Source: Gemmatimonas sp.
GTDB taxonomy: Bacteria; Gemmatimonadota; Gemmatimonadetes; Gemmatimonadales; Gemmatimonadaceae
Direction of reading: 5' to 3'
DNA: 64,000 nucleotides
Assembly (NCBI GenBank): GCA_965279375.1
Contig: OZ257156.1
Coordinates: 896,001 to 960,000 of the forward strand
The notes beneath the pieces were generated by a model, which was given only the letters and a program-made list of their open reading frames with translations, was not told the origin of the DNA and did not search any database. Made by a program: the position numbers and the translations under genes. This document shows, piece by piece, positions 9,732 to 18,512 of this stretch (within the stretch, counting starts at the first letter, position 1; every line of letters begins with the position of its first letter).

Positions 9732-11282
9732 CTAGGCCCGGTCGGGCACATACATCAATTGCCCTGTTCTGTCCGGTTCCAGGCAATAGATGTCCCATCC
9801 GGCGTTCACCTTCTCCTTACGGTAAGCCATCGCCACATTCTTCCCGTCCGTGCGCAGGTTGATCGCACCATACACCTCCACGCCGCGACCAAGCACCGTG
9901 CGTTGGATTCTTTCAAAGGCTGCCTGGGCCTCTTCACGCGCTGTGTCCGTGCTGGCCTTCTCCACCTTCTCCTCTGCGTCTTTGAGCCTGTCGTAGTCTT
10001 CCTTGGTCACACCGTTCTCTCTGGCCGAGCGCGCCAGTTCCGTGCTGAAGATCAGCGGACGCTTGCCGCGCCCATACAGCCCTATTGCGCCCAATGTGTC
10101 GCATCGGGGATGCGCATGGCTTTCGTTGTCACCGCTGGATATGACCGTGGCGACCGCGTTGAAAGCGCGCATCAGGTCATCTGGAATGTCATGGCTACCG
10201 TGGTGGCAGCTCTTGGCCACATCGCTTTGGAAAACCTCGCGAGCGAGCATTACCGCTGCCTCCCGCGCTGCTCCAGACTTTGGTAGCGGCTCTCCATCGT
10301 TGCCGTATTGCTCCAACAGAAACTCCCCAGCAGAGGTGTTGAGGTCTCCGCCCAAAAGCAGTTTCACAGCGCCATACTGCAACTGCAGGATCACAGAATG
10401 TCCGTTCTTGGTTTTGCCCTTGTCAAAGCTCTTACTCCGCGGCGAGGGTCCGAACCAGCGCAGCCGATCTACCCCATCGCTATTTCTCTCCAGCACTGGG
10501 CCGAGCACTTGTATTTGAAGGTCGTTCTCTCCTGGCTTGAACCCGGGCAGGTACGACTTCTTGCCTGGCTTGGCATTCAACGCTTTGAATGCATCCACTC
10601 GCTTGGATTCCACGAGGTTGTTGAGCAGCGTGCCGTACACCTTGGGCGACTCCCTGCCTGCTGCGGTCGTTCCCACCCAGCGCGATCGATCCTTCAAGAA
10701 ATCCTTCATCCCCTTGCTGTCCTTGATGATCTCATCGACATAACGCCGCCCGTCGATATCGACATGTGCGCCGAGACCGTCATCGCTTGTGTCTTCGATG
10801 ATGCCATTGTGGTAGATGGTGCTGAATCGCACGTTGGCATCCTCGAAAAGCCACTCGAAGCCCTTGTAGTGGTCCAGATCGGAGTGGCTGATAATCCCCG
10901 TGAACTTGAAAGGCACCGGCTGCTTTCTGAAGTTGTACTTCCACCTCAGGAAGCGGTACATGTTGTTCGCCTGGCCGGCGTCCAGAATGATATGCTGGTC
11001 ATCCGGGGTGCGAATAAGGGCGCCATCACCCTGACCGATGTCAACGAAGGTCACTTCCAGCAATCGATCATTCTGAACTTCCGCTTCCTTCACGCGGCAG
11101 GGCATGTTCGCCTCCAGGCCTCGGGGGCGCACAGGTAACCAGCCACCTTCTGCTCTTCCGGTAACCTCCATCCAATCGCCCCAAAGTAGTTCACGCGTTC
11201 TTGTTCTGCCGTCTTCCTCCTGCACCTTGAGCGTGGCCTTGGGATAGCCAGCGTAGCAGACGTCTCCTTTCTCGTATGGCAT
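9732..11282 (-). CDS. MBL-fold metallohydrolase (ComEC/Rec2-like)
   Basis: FVDIGQGD, ILDAG, SHSDLDH metal motif, LLGGD, KSCHHGS, SSGDNESHAHP. Confidence 0.88.
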   Translation of the reverse strand: MPYEKGDVCYAGYPKATLKVQEEDGRTRTRELLWGDWMEVTGRAEGGWLPVRPRGLEANMPCRVKEAEVQNDRLLEVTFVDIGQGDGALIRTPDDQHIILDAGQANNMYRFLRWKYNFRKQPVPFKFTGIISHSDLDHYKGFEWLFEDANVRFSTIYHNGIIEDTSDDGLGAHVDIDGRRYVDEIIKDSKGMKDFLKDRSRWVGTTAAGRESPKVYGTLLNNLVESKRVDAFKALNAKPGKKSYLPGFKPGENDLQIQVLGPVLERNSDGVDRLRWFGPSPRSKSFDKGKTKNGHSVILQLQYGAVKLLLGGDLNTSAGEFLLEQYGNDGEPLPKSGAAREAAVMLAREVFQSDVAKSCHHGSHDIPDDLMRAFNAVATVISSGDNESHAHPRCDTLGAIGLYGRGKRPLIFSTELARSARENGVTKEDYDRLKDAEEKVEKASTDTAREEAQAAFERIQRTVLGRGVEVYGAINLRTDGKNVAMAYRKEKVNAGWDIYCLEPDRTGQLMYVPDRA

Positions 11283-11333
11283 CGCGATGGTGGTATGGGT
11301 TTGACGTGTGTAGCGCGTGAGTCGAGTGTGTTA

Positions 11334-14300
11334 TCAATCAAACGCGCGGAGGATCCCCTTGATGGCGGCGCGTCGTGTCGGCTTTTTGATTTTTCCAGCG
11401 CACTGTCGGCAGAGTTCCAGCGGCCCGGCGTCCCATCGAATGTCCTCCTCGTTGTTGTAATAGCCGGGACAGTTCTTGGGGCCGATGGAATGCGTCGACA
11501 CCTCGCTTAACGAAAAAGCGAGCGCATTCGCGAGGAAACGCTCAATCGTGTACGGTGCATGCATTTTTTCGAGTCGGCCGCCAGTAGAAACAATGGAGAT
11601 GCGTCCGTCGTCCGATACGCTCGCTGACAAACTCTCTTTGCCGTCGCTCCAAAGCGCCATTGTGGTAATGCAACACAGTTGCGCCACGCCGAGCCGCTCG
11701 AGCGTTGGTTTCAGCTTCGTTTCGACTTCTGCGGCGTCGAGCACCGCGTGCTGCGTATTCCTTTGCCGTGATCGACGCCACGTGCCCAATGGCGCGGTGA
11801 GGTTCGCGCGTTCAAACACAAACACCTCTTGTGCATCATTGAGCCGTTGAACTACCCTATTGAGTTCGGGAATGACGTAGTTGAGATCCCATATCGCAAT
11901 GGTTGGCTTGGTGGATCGCGTGAGCGATCGCCGTGCAGTCGTGGCTGGAGCGAGATCCGTCATGCGAGCGATTGCTGTCGCGGACGTATCAGCGTGCGGA
12001 ACCAACACGTCATCTGGGTTGCGCGCGAACAGCACCGGAACGGCCCAGTCGATAGCCTCGCCCGCAATTGAATAGTTGACAGCCACGCGAGCCTCACGCG
12101 CAGCATCGCCGATCGTGCGGCCAATACTCAATGCCCAATAGAAATGTTGCGCGAATGCGGTGGCCGAGACATCCAACACGCTAAACTGATTTGCGACAAT
12201 GGCGGGAACCCCACCGCTCACGAGCATTGGCGCGACGCCGCTTGAAAAATCGAACACGCGATTGGGGTGACGTCGACCAAATCCGGTGCCCGTTTCGCAC
12301 GCATTCAGAAAGACGAGGCGCACGCCGCGATGGGCCGCGATCTGCCGGAAAATGTCAGCGCGTAACTCGTGAGACCGCCCCGACCGATCTTCGAACAGCA
12401 AATATCCAAATCCGGTTGTCTCGTCAAACTCTCCGTGACCAATAAAGTGGAGCACATCAAAGCGATCACCAATGACGTCGGTGAGGCTCAACAGTTCATG
12501 CAGCTTTTGCGGTGTGACGTCGACTTCGACTTGTACTTCCGCAAGCCCCGCACGAATGAGCGGTTCAAACGCGCTCCGCACCATGGAAATCTCTTCATCG
12601 ATCGAAAGCGCACCTGCGCCCACGGGCTGTGCGGCAATGACGAGAATGCGAAGCTTGCCAGAACGCGCACCCAATGCATCAGCCGGCACGGCCGTGATGG
12701 AATTGCGAATGAAGTTCACTTCTTCCGTACAAATAAACGTTTCTTCGTACGGATCGAACGCAAATTCCCATGGTTTGTCCGCTACCCAACCGATGGTTGA
12801 AGTGAGGCACACATTGAGACGCCGCTCTTTCAATTCTGCACGCGCAGTGTCGTAGAGTCGCCGCACCTCTCCAGGGAAAATCGAATCGAACAGGAGCGCT
12901 CCGTACTTGCGAAGCTCTTCCTCCGAGGGAAGGGATTTGTACCTGGAATTTCCGTCGATGTATCCCTTGATTCGTTTATGCGTGTTGTCAATGAGTTGAT
13001 AGCGATCCCGCGCTTCGCCTCTCGTCGGCCGGAATGGTTCAATCACACGCGCATTGCGAAAGCTGGCAATGAGCAACGCGGTGTCGCCTTTGGTGCTGTT
13101 TGCAACCATCTGCGAGAGGCCGTAGTCGGAGTCGTTTTCTTTCGGCATCGCGAGCGCATTGAGCGGCGACACAATGAAGAGGTGCAGCACTTCGTCAAGA
13201 AATGATTGCCGGCTGGGACGCACCGTGGAGACTCTTGGCGGGTGATTACCGTCGGTCTCGGGTGGCAGAGTGGTGGATGGTGGATTGATAGGCGGTGTTG
13301 CAGCACCGCGCGCATCTGATGTCATCGCTCCATTGCCACGTCGACCGTCGCGCTTCGTTGGCAATTCCGCGTCGAGCTGCATCGTAGGAAGCCCTTGTGG
13401 CTGGCCGAGTACGGCGCGCGCCAGGAAATCGACTGTTTCCGTTTGATTGAAGAAGGTGGTGTGCGTCACATCGACAGGTCCGTTCGTTCGCAGATTGCCA
13501 CCGGGACCGTAGCATCCGACACGATCGTTTCCAACGATGGTCATGGTTGGCGTTCCTACTCTCCAACCGCCGCGGGTTGGAACGACGAGATCATTCGCCA
13601 TACCAAAAAATCCATCAACACCCACATCGACCATGCGTGCCACCACACCTTCGCTCGGCTCGTGATTCGACGCGAGTGCTGACCATGTTCCGGCGGGATG
13701 CGGCAATGATTGCAATTCGTCGATCAGTGGACCGCGCGGATTCATAGTTGCCAATCCGGGAATGACATCGCCAACTTTTCCGGCCAACCACGCGACCGAC
13801 TCGACGAGAAAATCCGCGCCCGTGGTAAATGGATTGTCAGGAAAGAGATCGATGACATTGCCGATCCAATCCGTGAAGAGGTGCCATCGATCTGGTGATG
13901 CTAGCGGGGTTCCTTCGTTGGGTCCGGCGACGAGTACGACATTGCCCACGCTAAAGCGTTTCGCGAGCGGGGCGAGTTCAGCGCTTTCGAGAATCGTGCG
14001 AAGCACCAATGCGCCGCGAGAATGCGTGATAACATCGAATTCCTGATTCGTTGTTGACAACGCCAACATTAGGTCGCGACCATTCGCCTCTGCAGTTTCG
14101 CTCACCGTAAAGTGATTGAACGCGTAAATGCGTTCGCCATACGTTGCTCGAACCTTGTCAAAGAACGTCTGCCCATCCGCTCCGCGGGTTTTTCCGAGTG
14201 CACCAAACCCTCCCTGAAAATTGGAGAAGGTGCCGTGAATGAACAGCAGCTTTCGTCCTTCTGGGAGCTTGCGCGAATTCTTGAGTTGTACGAGCGACAG

Positions 14301-14990
14301 CGTACCATCTGCGCCCACCTGCACCTGCTGAAAACCTCGCACTATTTTCTTCTTCTTCCAAGTACGTGTTTCCCAAAGCGACGCAAGTTTTTCGATCGCG
14401 AAGTCGGCAACTTTGTCGGCGGCTTTCTTCATGATCTTGACCACGACAAACTTGATGACTTTGCTGACGGGGCCGCGCCGTCCGGTTGCTGTCGCCGAAC
14501 TCTGGGTGGTAATGCGAAAGCGAAGTACGCCCTGTGGGCTCGACGAACGCTTTTTGTCGGTTGACTTTGCAGCTCTGCGCTTTCGTGCGCCGCGCATTCC
14601 TGTGCCGAGGATGTCACCGACCGCGAAACTCACGGCATCCGATGCATGACGTGCAATGACGACGTGCGTTTGGCGATCTGTCGGCTCGTATTCGAATGTG
14701 AGCGGTTGATCCTCCACGTTGCGCCGTGCTGGAAGCACCGCTTCGTGCGAGCTTACCATCTCGATTTCATTCGTGGCAAGCAGTGTCTTGACAAATGGGT
14801 CGATCCCGCTGTCGGCCCGTTGGCCTCGTCGCACTCGCCGTGCGCGTTCCGCGAGTGGTGCTGCGGAGATAAACCACGCACTGGTGCTCGTAATTGCACC
14901 TCTGCCCGAAGTACCTGATCTCTTCGTACTGGCGCGCTTGGTCGTTGATCGAGAGGCAACGGAGCGCTTGGGTCGGCGAGGCGAGGGCAT
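11334..14990 (-). CDS. Alpha/beta-hydrolase + CHAT (caspase-like) protease + Cys-rich C-terminal domain
   Basis: Lipase-like FIHGTFS, THSRG, NDLVVP, VTH; CHAT motifs PWE, LHFIGHG, VFLNAC, VANQFSV, WAVPVLF; C-terminal H...CPGY...LCRQC. Confidence 0.85.
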   Translation of the reverse strand: MPSPRRPKRSVASRSTTKRASTKRSGTSGRGAITSTSAWFISAAPLAERARRVRRGQRADSGIDPFVKTLLATNEIEMVSSHEAVLPARRNVEDQPLTFEYEPTDRQTHVVIARHASDAVSFAVGDILGTGMRGARKRRAAKSTDKKRSSSPQGVLRFRITTQSSATATGRRGPVSKVIKFVVVKIMKKAADKVADFAIEKLASLWETRTWKKKKIVRGFQQVQVGADGTLSLVQLKNSRKLPEGRKLLFIHGTFSNFQGGFGALGKTRGADGQTFFDKVRATYGERIYAFNHFTVSETAEANGRDLMLALSTTNQEFDVITHSRGALVLRTILESAELAPLAKRFSVGNVVLVAGPNEGTPLASPDRWHLFTDWIGNVIDLFPDNPFTTGADFLVESVAWLAGKVGDVIPGLATMNPRGPLIDELQSLPHPAGTWSALASNHEPSEGVVARMVDVGVDGFFGMANDLVVPTRGGWRVGTPTMTIVGNDRVGCYGPGGNLRTNGPVDVTHTTFFNQTETVDFLARAVLGQPQGLPTMQLDAELPTKRDGRRGNGAMTSDARGAATPPINPPSTTLPPETDGNHPPRVSTVRPSRQSFLDEVLHLFIVSPLNALAMPKENDSDYGLSQMVANSTKGDTALLIASFRNARVIEPFRPTRGEARDRYQLIDNTHKRIKGYIDGNSRYKSLPSEEELRKYGALLFDSIFPGEVRRLYDTARAELKERRLNVCLTSTIGWVADKPWEFAFDPYEETFICTEEVNFIRNSITAVPADALGARSGKLRILVIAAQPVGAGALSIDEEISMVRSAFEPLIRAGLAEVQVEVDVTPQKLHELLSLTDVIGDRFDVLHFIGHGEFDETTGFGYLLFEDRSGRSHELRADIFRQIAAHRGVRLVFLNACETGTGFGRRHPNRVFDFSSGVAPMLVSGGVPAIVANQFSVLDVSATAFAQHFYWALSIGRTIGDAAREARVAVNYSIAGEAIDWAVPVLFARNPDDVLVPHADTSATAIARMTDLAPATTARRSLTRSTKPTIAIWDLNYVIPELNRVVQRLNDAQEVFVFERANLTAPLGTWRRSRQRNTQHAVLDAAEVETKLKPTLERLGVAQLCCITTMALWSDGKESLSASVSDDGRISIVSTGGRLEKMHAPYTIERFLANALAFSLSEVSTHSIGPKNCPGYYNNEEDIRWDAGPLELCRQCAGKIKKPTRRAAIKGILRAFD

Positions 14991-15314
14991 ATAGGGACCT
15001 CAGTGGGAAAGACCAAACATTTCGGGGGCAATTCGCGCAAGAACAGTGTTGCGATCTGTGAGTTCGCGCAATTCGGCAGCTGCCCAGTCGACGGCTTGCT
15101 TGAAGGATTCACTTCGCGCATTTCTCGCGACCTGATCAGGCAACGCCATTCGCGCGGTCGGTGACTGGCGGGCTGTTCAATACCGATCTGACGCCGTGGC
15201 ATCACCATCAATCGCAGTGGTCCGAGCGTCTCGCGCTGGCACGTTCCTTCCTCGGCGGCCTTCGGTGTTGAACGCGCCGTCTCCCTGCGACGCAGAAGAC
15301 CGGGTCCCATACAC

Positions 15315-15537
15315 AGCGAACGTCGCGGAATCGTCCTTCGGCAGTTTGAAGAAGGAACGGGTAAAGAAGCACATCTATCGGAACGGCGAGCTCGCGACCG
15401 TGGAGATCGCAGACGATATCAACCGCTTCTTCAATTGCATACGGCGGCACGGTCACTTAGACGGGCTCAGTCCCGAGCGATTTGAAGCCGCTCACAAGTC
15501 CCGCTGCCGACGTGTCCACTAAGCGCTGGGAACTCCA
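15315..15537 (+). mobile_element. IS3-family remnant (transposase C-terminus and right inverted repeat)
   Basis: ANVAESSFGSLKKERVKKHIY...FNCIRRHGHLDGLSPERFE matches the IS3 OrfB integrase-core end; terminal GTGTCCACTAAGCGCTGGGAACTCCA at 15512-15537. Confidence 0.85.
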
Positions 15538-15676
15538 ATTCCTCCTCAATCATGACCCACGGCTCGCCGAGTGGACCCTCCTTCAGCGAGAAGCTAACGC
15601 CTCTGTGATAGGTATGTGCGCGATCTCCTGTTGTTCGATCATTGGGGCCAAGGCATTCTGGAAAGTCTGATACCAT
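15538..15676 (-). pseudogene. Cassette ORF truncated by the IS3 end
   Basis: ATG about 45 nt after the GTTAGGT core site; the frame (MVSDFPECLG...WVMIEEE) runs directly into the IS terminal repeat. Confidence 0.5.
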
Positions 15677-15714
15677 TCGAGAAACTCTAGCGTGGGTGGT
15701 ACCGTCTTAGGCCC

Positions 15715-15827
15715 ACCTAACGCTCGCGTTCTGTTGCAGCGCCCTTCAACAGGATGCGGCCAGCGAGCGCAGCGAGCAATAGGCCGCACTCCTTGAAAGC
15801 GCTCTCAACAGCAACGCAAGGTTAAGC
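15715..15827 (-). mobile_element. Integron attC site
   Basis: Minus strand: GCTTAAC-CTTGC-GTTgCTGTTGaGAGCGC...GCGCTGCAACAGAAC-GCGAGC-GTTAGGT; canonical R''/L''/L'/R' layout with internal stem. Confidence 0.9.
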
Positions 15828-16068
15828 GGCGCTGGCGCGCACCCGCCCACCCCCGGATTGCGGGTTTCGCCCACTTACTCATCGGAGCGTCATTCCGGTG
15901 GTCACTGGACGGTGGTTCGAGGGCCTCGGCGCGCCCGATCCCCTGTTTTGCACTAGGCTCTTGAGTCGCATCCATATGTATACAGTTCGCGGCCTCCGTC
16001 CTCTAAGCCACCCTACTGCTTCTTCGTCGACCGGGTGCGATTCCGCTCTTTGGCCAGCCTCTAGCCGT

Positions 16069-18495
16069 TCAATCCAGTATGGGTGGGTAGGCAAGAGGGT
16101 CGGTGGAGGCCATCAGATCGTACACCGCCTGAAATACGCTCTCGGTGTTCGGCTTCGACATGTAGTCGCCGTCGCGGCCGTACGCAGGTCGATGCGCTGC
16201 CGCCGTGAGCGTTCGCGGGGCCGCATCCAGCCAGTGGAAGCCGCCTTGCCTTTCCAACACCTCTTGCATCATGTACGATGTCGCGCCGCCGGGCACGTCC
16301 TCGTCGAGGAAGAGGACACGGTTTGTTTTCTTCAACGACTCAACAATCGCGCAGTCGATATCGAACGGCAGCAACGACTGGACATCGATCACCTCTACGC
16401 TCACACCGGTGGTCGCAGCGAGAGAGTCCGCCGCCTCCAGGGCGACCTGACAGCACGCGCCGTACGTCACGACGGTCACGTCCTTCCCTTGCCGGATGAC
16501 CTCGACGCGGCCGATCGGCGTCTTCAGCTCACCGATGTTCAGCGGCATCCGCTCCTTCCGATAGTACCCGTTCAGGACCTCGACAACCACGGCCGGGTCC
16601 CCGGATTGGAGGAGGGAATTGTAGAACCCAGCCGCACGGGTCATGTCGCGTGGGACGAGCACGTACATTCCTCGCAAAAGGTGCACGATCGCCGCCATCG
16701 GTGAGCCCGAGTGCCAGACTCCGACGAGACGATGACCTCGTGTCCGCACGATGACTGGTGCTTTCTGTCCGCTCTTAGTGCGGTAGCGGAGCGACGCGAG
16801 ATCGTCGCTCAGGATCTGTAGCGCATAAGGCATGTAGTCGACGTACTGGATCTCTGCAATTGGACGAAGTCCACGCATCGCGAGGCCGATCGCCTGGCCA
16901 ATGATGGTGCACTCTCGGATACCGGTGTCCGCCACGCGACTCTCCCCGAAGCGAGCCTGCAGCCCCGCGAATCCTTTGTTGACGTCCCCGAGACGACCCA
17001 CGTCTTCGCCGAACGCGATGATACGTGGGTCGCGCGCGAGCGCGGCATCGAAACAGGCGTTCAGCACACGATGAGCATCAACGCCGCTCCCATCTCCGTA
17101 CACCGGTGCCACCGACTTCACACGCAATGCGGAGTCCGCGCCTTCCGCATAAAGGTGGGAGTCGTATTGCTCGCGGCTTGCCTCCCGCTGTTCCCTGACC
17201 CATCGCCGGAGCGGTTCGACAGCCGCAGTGTCGCATCCCCGGACAGCGACTAGGGCGCGGTGGGCCGTCGACGCAAGATCGCGACGCAGCGGCTCGGTGC
17301 AGGCAGCCACCGCGGCGCTTGCCGCGGCGAACTCTGCGTGGCCGTCGGGACATGCCGCACCAACCTCTTTCAACGCGGCAGTCAGCGACCGTGCCTCGGC
17401 CAGGATCGGAGCCTGGTAGTCATTCCATGCCTCGTCACGCTCCCGCCGCACGTACTCACGCTCCCCGCGCTCCAGCATCTCGAGGTCTTCCACCGACGCG
17501 AACCCGTCGGTGATGAGCCATGCGCGCATCCGCGCGAGGCAGTCATGCTCCTTCTCCCAGGTCAAGCGTTCAGTAGACTTGTAGCGCTCGTGGCTCCCAG
17601 TCGTCGAGTGACCGAGAGGTTGCGTTAGCTCGACCACATGCACGACTGCCGGCACGTGGTCCCGTCGCACCCCCGCGGCCGCGATGGCGAACGTGTCGAC
17701 AAGGGCCGGATAGTCCCAGCCGAGTACGGTCATAAGCTCGAGACCGCCTTTCCTGTTTGGCGTGCGACGGAATCCCTCTAGCAGCTCTGCGAGGTGCCCC
17801 TTTGTTAGCTGAAGCTCGTTCGGGACCGAGATGCCATAGCCGTCGTCCCAGACTGAGAGCAGCATGGGGACCTGCATGACGCCGGCGGCGTTGAGCGTCT
17901 CCCAGAACATCCCTTCGGCGCACGATGCATTTCCGATTGTACCGACGGCGATCTCGTCGCCGTCGCGCGAGAACCGCGTCATGGAGCGCAGCTCTGGCAA
18001 CGTCCGGTAGAGCTTGGATGCCTGTGCGAGCCCGAGAAGTCGAGGCATCTGTGCAGCCGTCGGCGAGATATCCGCGGAAGAATGGAAGTCATCAACAAGT
18101 GCCTTCCACTCGCCCGACTCGTCGAGCATGCGAGTGGCGAAATGAGCGTTCATGCTGCGACCCGCGGACGAGGGTTCGGCAACGACGTCGACGTGTCCGT
18201 ATAGTTGCGCAAAGAACTGACGGACGTCGAGCGCGCCGAGCGCGAGCATGAGCGTCTGGTCGCGGTAGTAGCCGGACCGGATGTCGCCAGGCCGCAGCGC
18301 GCGGGCCAAGGCTACTTGGGCGACTTCTTTTCCGTCTCCGAAAATCCCGAACATGGCACGTCCGGTTATGACCTCATCGCGGGCGACGAGGCTCAGCTGG
18401 CGGCTCCGGTAGGCGGTTCGGTAGTCCTCCAGCACGAGGGCCGGATCGAGTCCCTCCACCGCCCTCTGCTGGATAGTGCTCCCGACAAGTGTCAT
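16069..18495 (-). CDS. Branched-chain 2-oxoacid dehydrogenase E1, fused alpha/beta
   Basis: GDGKEVAQ, SGYYRDQT, ThDP-motif variant GNASCAEG...WDDGYGIS, GEDVG, DTGIRE, EIQYVDY, WHSGS, EVIDVQSLLPFD. Confidence 0.92.
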   Translation of the reverse strand: MTLVGSTIQQRAVEGLDPALVLEDYRTAYRSRQLSLVARDEVITGRAMFGIFGDGKEVAQVALARALRPGDIRSGYYRDQTLMLALGALDVRQFFAQLYGHVDVVAEPSSAGRSMNAHFATRMLDESGEWKALVDDFHSSADISPTAAQMPRLLGLAQASKLYRTLPELRSMTRFSRDGDEIAVGTIGNASCAEGMFWETLNAAGVMQVPMLLSVWDDGYGISVPNELQLTKGHLAELLEGFRRTPNRKGGLELMTVLGWDYPALVDTFAIAAAGVRRDHVPAVVHVVELTQPLGHSTTGSHERYKSTERLTWEKEHDCLARMRAWLITDGFASVEDLEMLERGEREYVRRERDEAWNDYQAPILAEARSLTAALKEVGAACPDGHAEFAAASAAVAACTEPLRRDLASTAHRALVAVRGCDTAAVEPLRRWVREQREASREQYDSHLYAEGADSALRVKSVAPVYGDGSGVDAHRVLNACFDAALARDPRIIAFGEDVGRLGDVNKGFAGLQARFGESRVADTGIRECTIIGQAIGLAMRGLRPIAEIQYVDYMPYALQILSDDLASLRYRTKSGQKAPVIVRTRGHRLVGVWHSGSPMAAIVHLLRGMYVLVPRDMTRAAGFYNSLLQSGDPAVVVEVLNGYYRKERMPLNIGELKTPIGRVEVIRQGKDVTVVTYGACCQVALEAADSLAATTGVSVEVIDVQSLLPFDIDCAIVESLKKTNRVLFLDEDVPGGATSYMMQEVLERQGGFHWLDAAPRTLTAAAHRPAYGRDGDYMSKPNTESVFQAVYDLMASTDPLAYPPILD

Positions 18496-18512
18496 GATGG
18501 TCGTCCTTTTCG

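Noticed and set aside
15694..15705. GGGTGGTACCG resembles the T-box core, near a leuS operon
   Set aside because: It is on the opposite strand and downstream of leuS, with no visible antiterminator or stem I; likely coincidence.
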